A DNA stretch of 6,816 nt from a virus. The notes below the pieces were generated by a model. That model did not search any database, was not told the origin of the DNA, and worked only from the letters and a program-made list of their open reading frames with translations. Of the stretch, positions 1-5,844 are shown piece by piece. Positions within the stretch are counted from its first letter, which is position 1; each line of letters starts with the position of its first letter. The stretch lies in UHGV virus genome UHGV-0373539; one strand, written 5' to 3'. The translations under genes were made by a program, and so were the position numbers.

Positions 1-126
1 GCAAAGGGAAAAATCTATTACTCATTTGATCTAATGAAATTTGGCTATGCCGTAGATATTAAGGATTCCTGTCATATAACATTGCGTAAACGAAACTACA
101 TTCAGCAAGTCACCTGTGAAGGCTAA
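1..126 (+). CDS. I: 3' end of gene I (pI assembly protein), partial; continues the ORF that runs off the window's 3' end
   Basis: Frame 1 is open from position 1 to TAA at 124-126 and translates AKGKIYYSFDLMKFGYAVDIKDSCHITLRKRNYIQQVTCEG*. This resembles the M13 pI C-terminus as recalled (..FKDSKGKLINSDDLQKQGYSLTYIDLCTVSIKKGNSNEIVKCN). The window's last codons (..NVNFKD) join it in frame. Confidence 0.8.
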   Translation, partial: AKGKIYYSFDLMKFGYAVDIKDSCHITLRKRNYIQQVTCEG

Positions 127-128
127 TT

Positions 129-1415
129 ATGAAAACTATTTTTGCTAAATTCATCGTCGCTTTATTTGCTTTTACTTATTTCTCTGCATTCGCGGAGCCT
201 GTTACTTTAAACAATTCCCCTGTGCGCTCATTCGTTCAATGGTATTCATCCAAAACAGGCAAATCAGTTATTGTTAACCCTGATGTTAAGGGGAATATCA
301 CCGTATTTAATGCTGATGTTAACAACGCAAATATTGATGACTTTTTTAAGTCTGTCCTTAATGCTAACGGCCTTGTAGTTGTCGCTGGCAATCCTGCCGT
401 TGTTTCGACACCTTCAACTAAGCTCGCGTCGCAGCCGTCAAATGAAGAAACCTATGATGATGAAAGTGACGGCGTAGCGTATGAGGCAGTACCGCAGTCG
501 GCTGCGCCTGCTGTACCTGCCGATCTCACGGTACGTAATTTCAAGCTGACGCGCGTTCGTTCTTCTGACGTTCTGCCGCTGGCTAAGATTTTCGTTGATT
601 CAAATGGCGGCGGTAATGTCGTCGATTACCCAGGCAATAACAGTCTTGTTGTTTCCGGCTCAGCTCAGGTTATGCCTGCTTTATCCGATTTCATTACGTC
701 AATTGACGTTGCCCGCGAACAGGTTCTGATTCAGTCCCTGATGTTTGAAACCAGTGTTTCTAACGGCGTGGATCTTTCTTTTGCCGCTGGCTCAGCTTCT
801 GGCGGTAAAGTTGCAGGCGGCTTTAATACTTCAGCTCTCGGCACTGCTCTTTCTACTGCTGGCGGTAGCTTCGGTATCTTTAACGGTAATGTTCTGGCGT
901 TATCTCTCCAGGCTGTTCAGAGTGATTCTAACTCTAAGGTTATCTCTACCCCTCGCATCCTCACGCAGTCCGGCCAGAGTGGTTATATTTCAGTTGGCCA
1001 GAATGTTCCCTTTGTGACAGGTAAAGTCACTGGCGAGGCTGCAAGCGTTAATAATCCTTTCCAGACCATCGAGCGCCGCGACGTAGGCGTATCACTCAAG
1101 GTAACGCCGGTTGTTATGGGAAATGGTCAGTTAGTTCTGACCATCGATACTAAAGCCGACTCTCTCAGCAATCAGGCGACGGCCTCTGACATCATTACCA
1201 ATCAGCGCCAGATACAGACCACCGTTCAGATTAAAGACGGTCAGACCCTGCTTTTAGGCGGCCTCATTAGCTCTAACCAGTTCGACAACGATCGGTCTGT
1301 GCCTTTCATGTCGAAGATTCCTTTAATCGGCTGGCTTTTCCGCAGCCATTCAGACTCGAAAGATGATCGCACTATGTTCGTTTTGCTTACTGCTCACGTT
1401 ATCAGGGCGCTTTGA
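129..1415 (+). CDS. IV: Gene IV protein, outer-membrane secretin for phage export
   Basis: 428-aa ORF with N-terminal signal peptide (MKTIFAKFIVALFAFTYFSAFA). Long stretches match the M13 pIV pattern as recalled (NNSP.R.FV.WYS...SVIV.PDVKG; GGSFGIFNG; PRILT.SGQ.G.ISVGQNVPF.TG.VTGE.A.VNNPFQTIER; GQTLLLGGL; SKIPLIG.LF.S.SDS). SD GAAGG at 118-122. Confidence 0.95.
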   Translation: MKTIFAKFIVALFAFTYFSAFAEPVTLNNSPVRSFVQWYSSKTGKSVIVNPDVKGNITVFNADVNNANIDDFFKSVLNANGLVVVAGNPAVVSTPSTKLASQPSNEETYDDESDGVAYEAVPQSAAPAVPADLTVRNFKLTRVRSSDVLPLAKIFVDSNGGGNVVDYPGNNSLVVSGSAQVMPALSDFITSIDVAREQVLIQSLMFETSVSNGVDLSFAAGSASGGKVAGGFNTSALGTALSTAGGSFGIFNGNVLALSLQAVQSDSNSKVISTPRILTQSGQSGYISVGQNVPFVTGKVTGEAASVNNPFQTIERRDVGVSLKVTPVVMGNGQLVLTIDTKADSLSNQATASDIITNQRQIQTTVQIKDGQTLLLGGLISSNQFDNDRSVPFMSKIPLIGWLFRSHSDSKDDRTMFVLLTAHVIRAL

Positions 1416-1420
1416 GGGTG

Positions 1421-1447
1421 CGGGGTAGGTGCGTCAGCCCTGCCCCG
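1421..1447 (+). other. GC-rich stem-loop immediately after gene IV stop (possible terminator or packaging-signal element)
   Basis: CGGGGTAGG (1421-1429) pairs with CCTGCCCCG (1439-1447): 9-bp stem with one G-T pair, 9-nt loop. No T-run follows, so it is not a classical intrinsic terminator. Confidence 0.35.
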
Positions 1448-1532
1448 TATCCTCACAGCGTCCCCTGACCCGTATCATTCGCCTATCGCCGTATGTGCTT
1501 CCCTGTCTTGTCCCTATGGCTACGTATTGCCT

Positions 1533-1657
1533 CCCCGTTTAAATCGTCAAGCTATAAATCGTGGGGGCCCCTCTGGGGTTCCGATTTATTGCTTTACGAC
1601 TCTCCCCCCCAATAACCTTGTATCGGGTGATGGTTCACGTAGTGGGCCATCGCCCTG
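1533..1657 (+). promoter_or_regulatory. Minus-strand (complementary-strand) replication origin, Ff-like hairpins B/C region
   Basis: Extended similarity to the f1 origin as recalled from f1-ori phagemids. It includes a 33-nt stretch GGGTGATGGTTCACGTAGTGGGCCATCGCCCTG (1625-1657) that matches f1 exactly, and upstream CCCCGT..AAATCG..GGGTTCCGATTTA.TGCTTTACG similarity. The 33-mer folds as a hairpin (1625-1633 / 1647-1655). Confidence 0.7.
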
Positions 1658-1744
1658 TTAAGCGCCTTTTTTCCTGCGATCCTCCCGCCTCTCTGCTGTC
1701 TGACGGTCGCAGACGAAAGGACGTTACAGCCATTGTTTTTCGTT

Positions 1745-1800
1745 CTGCCGGCTTCTTTTTTTTGGGGGTGTACTCTTGTTGCAAAATCGCAACGCAGCGG
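1745..1800 (+). promoter_or_regulatory. Candidate plus-strand origin core (pII nick/binding region), diverged from Ff
   Basis: TACTCTTGTTGCAAAATCGCAAC resembles f1 GACTCTTGTTCCAAACTGGAACAAC. Small hairpin GTTGC/GCAAC at 1778-1793, preceded by a T-run (TTCTTTTTTTT). The upstream Ff hairpin D inverted repeat is not recognisable, so the nick site is uncertain. Confidence 0.4.
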
Positions 1801-1934
1801 GGGTTAAATCATGCTGCACGAAAGTCTCACTTTCGGGATTTTGGTTTTTGGTTTTCTGCTGCGGAGTCAGGCGGGGCGGGGTGACGTGCAGTGTATGTAA
1901 TACTGCACGTTTGTCTCAATCTGATACCTCTCTA

Positions 1935-2132
1935 CTAAACGTCTCCTTTCTTTTTAAGCTCTTTTATCATTTTCTTTTCTGCTAATTCTGTATAGTTTTC
2001 AATGACATAGTTAAGTAAATCTGTCCATGTGACCTGTACGCCTGTACTTGCACTAATCCTGATCGCAGTATCACTCAGGTTTTTCTTTTTCTCGGTGGTG
2101 ATACTGGCTGTTGTCCTAACTGGTTTTTTCAT
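1935..2132 (-). CDS. Hypothetical small basic protein (65 aa) encoded antisense in the intergenic region; possible ribbon-helix-helix-like DNA-binding regulator
   Basis: Minus-strand ORF MKKPVRTTASITTEKKKNLSDTAIRISASTGVQVTWTDLLNYVIENYTELAEKKMIKELKKKGDV. ATG at 2132-2130 has an AAAGG SD about 8 nt upstream on the minus strand. The 87-aa form in the ORF track starts at a TTG with no SD. Lys-rich; the strand / helix / G-x-T turn / helix pattern is loosely CopG/Arc-like (inference only). Confidence 0.4.
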   Translation of the reverse strand: MKKPVRTTASITTEKKKNLSDTAIRISASTGVQVTWTDLLNYVIENYTELAEKKMIKELKKKGDV

Positions 2133-2264
2133 TTTATGCCTTTGAAAAATATAAAGTTTCAACCGAAAACAGGTTTTTAAGCGTAATCTTATTGTCAATA
2201 GATGTAAAAATTTTTGTTGCGCACGTTATTTTTCACGCTATCATGCCTGCATTGGATTTCACCT

Positions 2265-2286
2265 GTATACGTGTATACACGTATAC
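2265..2286. repeat. Perfect 22-bp palindrome GTATACGTGTATACACGTATAC; candidate operator or 5'-leader hairpin for gene II
   Basis: The sequence equals its own reverse complement (checked base by base). It sits 6 nt upstream of the AAGGG SD of gene II, in the 171-bp region between the divergent minus-strand ORF and gene II. Confidence 0.6.
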
Positions 2287-2303
2287 ATCACTAAGGGATG
2301 CGT

Positions 2304-3338
2304 ATGATTGATTGGGTTACAGCCGTCTTGCCTTGTCTGCATGTGCCTGTTGATGCTGGTCGCGTCCTCTCTGTTGCGCCGGATGGCTCTGTAGAATGGG
2401 AATCAGTAAAGTTTTCCCGCGTTACTGGCTCCTTTGAAAGCTCCATCAGTGTACGTTCGCAGGGTTCTGACGGTAATGGGAAAGCCACTCATTTATACGT
2501 TGATGGTAACCCGTCAAAGTGGTTGCAGGGTCACAATATCGTTGGAAGCGACGATCTCAACGGCCTTATGATTGCTTTTTACGCTCGTATGTTGTCACTA
2601 CTCAACATACCTCACCATCTGGAATCGTATCGCCAGGTGCTTTCTGGTCAGTACGAGTTAAAGCGCGTTGACGTTAACTACATGTTTGAGCTTCCTACGC
2701 TCATTGATGTACGGTCATGGTTACATGCTGCTGAGTTCAAGGCTAAGACTCGCCACGGGCGCCCGGCAACTGCAAAGGGCACTCTGTACTTTGGTAAAAA
2801 TTCTCGCCGTTGGTCTATTAAGGCTTACAGCAAATATGATGAAGTTAATTGCGGGAAAAAAGCTCATGGCGTTCCCGAAGAAATTAAGAAAACTGGCCTT
2901 GTTGAATGGTCTAAAAATAAATTACGTCTAGAATTAACATTACGCGCATTGCAGCTTACTGATATTAATTTAAACTTTGCTAAAAACTGGTCTACTGAAA
3001 CTGCATATACTGTTTTTAAAGAATATATGGGGCGTATCGAAATGAGCGGAAATACTTTACTTACTGATACTCAAGTTATTAATTTACCGTCTGCGCTACG
3101 TATGACTTATGTGTGCTGGAAACAGGGTATTCGTGTAACCGATATGGTTTCTCGCGCCACTTATTTTCGTCACCGCAAGGCTTTAAAAGAATTCGGTATT
3201 GATATTGCTGTTACTGTTGATCGTGTTGATAATAGCAACGTTGTTCCGTTAATCCGTGTCTTAGAGGCTAAACCTGCCTCTATTCCTTCTCAATATGATA
3301 ATTTAATATTTTCATCTAATCGTGTATCAAGTTTCTAA
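2304..3338 (+). CDS. II: Gene II protein, rolling-circle replication initiator (nickase); alternative start ATG 2298
   Basis: ORF ends TAA 3336-3338. MIDWV.. start matches M13 pII MIDML.. and has SD AAGGG at 2293-2297 with 6-nt spacing; the ATG at 2298 abuts the SD. Motifs shared with M13 pII as recalled: KWLQGHNIVGSDDL (M13 KVLQGHNVFGTTDL) and NVVPLIRV (M13 NVVPLVRF). About 344 aa versus about 410 aa in Ff. Confidence 0.88.
   Translation: MIDWVTAVLPCLHVPVDAGRVLSVAPDGSVEWESVKFSRVTGSFESSISVRSQGSDGNGKATHLYVDGNPSKWLQGHNIVGSDDLNGLMIAFYARMLSLLNIPHHLESYRQVLSGQYELKRVDVNYMFELPTLIDVRSWLHAAEFKAKTRHGRPATAKGTLYFGKNSRRWSIKAYSKYDEVNCGKKAHGVPEEIKKTGLVEWSKNKLRLELTLRALQLTDINLNFAKNWSTETAYTVFKEYMGRIEMSGNTLLTDTQVINLPSALRMTYVCWKQGIRVTDMVSRATYFRHRKALKEFGIDIAVTVDRVDNSNVVPLIRVLEAKPASIPSQYDNLIFSSNRVSSF
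3027..3338 (+). CDS. X: Candidate gene X (in-frame internal restart within gene II, C-terminal ~100 aa); start uncertain
   Basis: By analogy with Ff, where pX is the C-terminal ~111 aa of pII. In-frame ATGs at 3027, 3042, 3102 and 3144; none has a strong SD. 3027 was chosen because it gives a size closest to Ff pX. Confidence 0.3.
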   Translation: MGRIEMSGNTLLTDTQVINLPSALRMTYVCWKQGIRVTDMVSRATYFRHRKALKEFGIDIAVTVDRVDNSNVVPLIRVLEAKPASIPSQYDNLIFSSNRVSSF

Positions 3339-3348
3339 GGGGTTTTAA

Positions 3349-3660
3349 ATGCACTCAGGTATTCTTATTCGTGGTCGTATTCTCGGTTCTCGCACTGCAA
3401 ACCGTGATAATAATTCGCCTCAACATATTTTAGGCGTTGGCATTCAGAAAGCTGACGGTTTTGGCGGTACGACTCAGGATGTTGAGCAGGTTAAAATCCC
3501 TGACCAGCTTGTGCAAAGCGGCGTTGTTAATCAGATTAACTCGCTTATTGGCAAACTTTGCGAAGTTCCGATTAATGTTCGTTCTTGGTCTATGAACGGC
3601 AAAAACGGCACTTCTTACACTCTGTCTTTTGATTCCGGTATTCAGGAGATTAAAAGCTGA
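3349..3660 (+). CDS. ORF in the gene V position (103 aa); putative ssDNA-binding protein by position only
   Basis: Only ORF in any frame between gene II and gene VII. Good SD AAGGGG at 3337-3342, 6 nt before the ATG. Protein MHSGILIRGRILGSRTANRDNNSPQHILGVGIQKADGFGGTTQDVEQVKIPDQLVQSGVVNQINSLIGKLCEVPINVRSWSMNGKNGTSYTLSFDSGIQEIKS. No similarity I can see to M13 gVp as recalled; at most a weak C-terminal resemblance to Pf3 gVp (VP.INV..NG...L.FD). Confidence 0.65.
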   Translation: MHSGILIRGRILGSRTANRDNNSPQHILGVGIQKADGFGGTTQDVEQVKIPDQLVQSGVVNQINSLIGKLCEVPINVRSWSMNGKNGTSYTLSFDSGIQEIKS

Positions 3661-3663
3661 TTT

Positions 3664-3753
3664 ATGTCAGATGAACTAATTCACGTAGTAATAGCTCTCG
3701 GCCTCGTTATTTCCTTCGGTTTGGGTGCTATTACTGCTGGGGTACACCGATGA
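3664..3753 (+). CDS. VII: Gene VII minor coat protein (29 aa)
   Basis: MSDELIHVVIALGLVISFGLGAITAGVHR*. Small hydrophobic protein in the expected position; C-terminus resembles M13 pVII (..LGIIAGGQR). Stop TGA overlaps the next ATG. Confidence 0.75.
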   Translation: MSDELIHVVIALGLVISFGLGAITAGVHR

Positions 3754-3851
3754 TTGACTATGTTGGTTTATTCATTGGCGCTTATATAATGGGCTTCGCC
3801 CTTTTCTATGGCATAGGATTCTTTAAATCCATTGCTGAACGCATCGTTTAA
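3750..3851 (+). CDS. IX: Gene IX minor coat protein (33 aa)
   Basis: ATG at 3750 overlaps the gene VII stop in an ATGA arrangement, as in Ff. MIDYVGLFIGAYIMGFALFYGIGFFKSIAERIV*. Small hydrophobic protein; assignment by position and size. Confidence 0.7.
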   Translation: MIDYVGLFIGAYIMGFALFYGIGFFKSIAERIV

Positions 3852-3864
3852 TTAAGGACTACAC

Positions 3865-4119
3865 ATGAGCGTTATTACTAAAGTTGCTGCCGCTAAAAAC
3901 AAAATCGTTGTTGGTGCTGGCCTGATGATGGCTTCTGCTGGCGCGTTCGCTGTTGATGACGGTACTACTACCGCTACCAGCTACGCTACTGAAGCAATGA
4001 ACAGCCTGAAATCTCAGGCAACTGATCTCATTGCTCAGACGTGGCCTGTTGTTACTGTCGTTGTCGGTGCTGGTCTGGCAATTCGTCTTTTCAAGAAGTT
4101 TTCTTCCAAAGCTGTTTAA
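3865..4119 (+). CDS. VIII: Gene VIII major coat protein precursor
   Basis: 84-aa ORF with SD AAGGA 8 nt upstream. Signal peptide ends ..SAGAFA. Mature part has an acidic N-terminus, a hydrophobic core and the basic C-terminus RLFKKFSSKAV, closely resembling IKe-type pVIII as recalled (..YATEAM.SLK.QA.DLI.QTWPVV...LFKKFSSKAV). Confidence 0.93.
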   Translation: MSVITKVAAAKNKIVVGAGLMMASAGAFAVDDGTTTATSYATEAMNSLKSQATDLIAQTWPVVTVVVGAGLAIRLFKKFSSKAV

Positions 4120-4138
4120 TTCCACAGCGTTGTATTTT

Positions 4139-4164
4139 GGGGCGCTATTGCGCCCTTTTTTTTT
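4139..4164 (+). terminator. Rho-independent terminator downstream of gene VIII
   Basis: GGGGCGC (4139-4145), loop TATT, GCGCCC (4150-4155), followed by a run of 9 T (4156-4164). Same position as the strong central terminator of Ff phages. Confidence 0.85.
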
Positions 4165-4188
4165 AACTATATTCAGCAAGGCTTATCC

Positions 4189-5493
4189 GTGAAAAGAAAA
4201 ATAATAGCCATATCTTTATTTTTATATATCCCTTTGTCTAATGCTGATAATTGGGAGTCTATTACTAAAAGTTATTATACTGGCTTCGCTATGTCTAATA
4301 CTGTTGAATCAAAAGATCAGGATGGTAAAACAGTTCGTAAAGAGGTTATAACTCCGGCTGATTTAACTACCGCTTGCAATGATGCTAAAGCCTCTGCGCA
4401 AGATGTATTTAATAGTATTAAGCTAACATATTCTGGTATTTGGCCTGATTCTCAGTTTCGCCTTGTAACTGGTGATACCTGTGATTACAACGGCTCGCCT
4501 GGTGAAAAAACTGAAAGCTGGTCTATTCGCGCTCAGGTTGAAGGTGATATTCAGCGTACCGTTCCCGATGAAAAACCCGCAGAACAGACACCAGAAGAAA
4601 TCTGTGAGGCAAAACCTCCAATTGATAACACTTTTAATAATGTCTCTCGCGGTGAAGATGGCAATTATTATATTAACTATAATGGCTGCGAATATTCCGC
4701 TACTGGTGTAACTGTCTGTCAATCTGATGGAACTGTCTGTTCCTCCTCTGCTTGGAAGCCAACTGGTTACGTCCCCGAATCTGGAGAATCTCAATCATCT
4801 CCTGTTAACGGTGGTGGCTCTGGTGAAACTGGCGGCGAAACTGGCGGCGGTGAAACTGGCGGCGAAACAGGTGGCGGTTCTTCTGGCGGTGATTCCGGTG
4901 GATCTACTGGCGGTGGTTCTACTGGCGGCGGTTCCTCCGGTGGTTCCTCTGGCGGTTCTGGTAATTCTCTCACCAAAGAGGATGTAACCGCAGCTATTCA
5001 TGATGCCTCCCCTTCTATTGCTGATGCTGTAAAGGATTCTCTGACAGAAGAAAATGACCAGTACGACAATCAGAATCAAGCCGATGAACAATCCGCTAAA
5101 GCGTCTGCATCTGTCTCTAATGCTCTCTCAGATGGTATGCGCGGCGTTGGTAATTTCGTTGACGATCTTGGCGGTGAATCTTCTCAGTACGGTACTGGTA
5201 ATTCAGAAATGGATCTCTCTGTCAGCATGGCTAAAGGTCAACTTGGTATTGATCGCGAAGGTCATGGTTCTGCTTGGGAAGCCTTTTTAAGCGATGGTGC
5301 TTTACGTCCCTCCATTCCTACTGGTCATGGCTGTACTGATTTTGTCATGTTTCAGGGTTCTGTTTATCAGCTTGATATTGGCTGCGATAAATTAGGCGAT
5401 ATTAAGTCTGTATTATCTTGGGTTATGTATTGCCTTACCTTCTGGTATGTATTCCAGTCTGCTACTTCATTACTTCGTAAAGGTGAACAATAA
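4189..5493 (+). CDS. III: Gene III adsorption protein (pIII), GTG start
   Basis: 434-aa ORF starting at GTG (Ff gene III also starts with GTG). Signal peptide [19 protein letters not shown]. Internal segment [16 protein letters not shown]...[24 protein letters not shown] resembles the Ff N1 (TolA-binding) domain as recalled (ESCLAKPHTENSFTNV...YANYEGCLWNATGVVVCTGDETQC). Gly-rich linker follows; C-terminal ..[26 protein letters not shown].. resembles the Ff pIII C-terminal domain. Confidence 0.93.
   Translation: MKRKIIAISLFLYIPLSNADNWESITKSYYTGFAMSNTVESKDQDGKTVRKEVITPADLTTACNDAKASAQDVFNSIKLTYSGIWPDSQFRLVTGDTCDYNGSPGEKTESWSIRAQVEGDIQRTVPDEKPAEQTPEEICEAKPPIDNTFNNVSRGEDGNYYINYNGCEYSATGVTVCQSDGTVCSSSAWKPTGYVPESGESQSSPVNGGGSGETGGETGGGETGGETGGGSSGGDSGGSTGGGSTGGGSSGGSSGGSGNSLTKEDVTAAIHDASPSIADAVKDSLTEENDQYDNQNQADEQSAKASASVSNALSDGMRGVGNFVDDLGGESSQYGTGNSEMDLSVSMAKGQLGIDREGHGSAWEAFLSDGALRPSIPTGHGCTDFVMFQGSVYQLDIGCDKLGDIKSVLSWVMYCLTFWYVFQSATSLLRKGEQ
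4811..4962 (+). repeat. Glycine-rich linker of pIII encoded by imperfect tandem repeats (GGTGAAACTGGCGGC units, then GGT/GGC-TCT/TCC units)
   Basis: Protein [51 protein letters not shown]. Repeated GAAACTGGCGGC units at 4825-4860 are visible in the DNA. Confidence 0.85.
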
Positions 5494-5843
5494 TGCCAGC
5501 TTTATTAGGTATTCCGGCTTTAATTCGTTTCATAATGGGGCTTGTGCCTCTTGCTATTGGTTATTTTGCTAAGTTCTTAGGCAAAATTATTACCCGTAAT
5601 GGCTTGATGGCTGCTGCCTTAATTGGTGCGATCCTTTCATTTGTCACCTTAGCAATTCAGCTTTTAGGCGATGCTTTATCTTCTGCAATGGGCGGAATGC
5701 CTGCTGATTTTGGCAATTTAATGTCCTCTGTATTACCTGATGGCACAACAACTTGTATTACAGTAATTATGACTACAAGAATAGCGGTCTTTGTTTTCGA
5801 TATTAAAGATCGCTTACTCGGCATTGCCAATAAGGTAATTTGA
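5493..5843 (+). CDS. VI: Gene VI minor coat protein
   Basis: 116-aa hydrophobic protein [13 protein letters not shown].. resembling M13 pVI (MPVLLGIPLLLRF..., ..FIFDVK..) as recalled. ATG overlaps the gene III stop (TAATG). SD AAAGGTGA upstream. Confidence 0.92.
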   Translation: MPALLGIPALIRFIMGLVPLAIGYFAKFLGKIITRNGLMAAALIGAILSFVTLAIQLLGDALSSAMGGMPADFGNLMSSVLPDGTTTCITVIMTTRIAVFVFDIKDRLLGIANKVI

Positions 5844-5844
5844 T

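Noticed and set aside
745-1017. 90-aa + strand ORF (TTG start) inside gene IV
   Set aside because: Out-of-frame overlap with the strongly supported secretin gene; leucine-rich translation typical of an alternate frame; no SD.
1625-1657. Exact 33-nt match to f1 ori as a sign of cloning-vector (phagemid) contamination
   Set aside because: The match is embedded in a complete, internally consistent and diverged phage genome. Flanking sequence is not vector-like and no bla, lacZ or ColE1 ori is present.
1561-1985. Two + strand ORFs (1561-1884 and 1776-1985) in the intergenic region
   Set aside because: They cover the conserved replication-origin hairpins, have no SD, and translate to low-complexity Arg/Gly/Phe-rich sequence. 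The region is explained as the origin.
1935-2198. 87-aa long form of the minus-strand ORF from the ORF track
   Set aside because: It starts at a TTG with no SD. The internal ATG at 2132 has an AAAGG SD at good spacing, so the 65-aa form (1935-2132) is preferred.
2265-2286. Palindrome as a dif-like XerCD site or phage attachment site
   Set aside because: It does not resemble the dif core as I recall it (no ATAATGTATATTATGTTAAAT-like arms), and there is no integrase in the window. Operator or leader hairpin is more plausible.
2291-2488. 65-aa minus-strand ORF overlapping the gene II start
   Set aside because: Antisense to the well-supported gene II N-terminus; no independent support.
2668-2931. 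87-aa + strand ORF inside gene II in another frame
   Set aside because: Out-of-frame overlap with gene II; no SD; not the gene X frame, which is in frame with gene II.
3859-4179. 106-aa minus-strand ORF antisense to gene VIII
   Set aside because: Fully antisense to the major coat protein gene and the terminator; no start signals.
4423-5290. Several overlapping ORFs within gene III on both strands (4423-4794 -, 4472-4711 +, 4727-4987 +, 4791-4976 -, 4795-5091 -, 5054-5290 +)
   Set aside because: All are alternate-frame or antisense readings of gene III. The Pro-rich and Ala/Leu-rich translations are by-products of the GGN-repeat linker.
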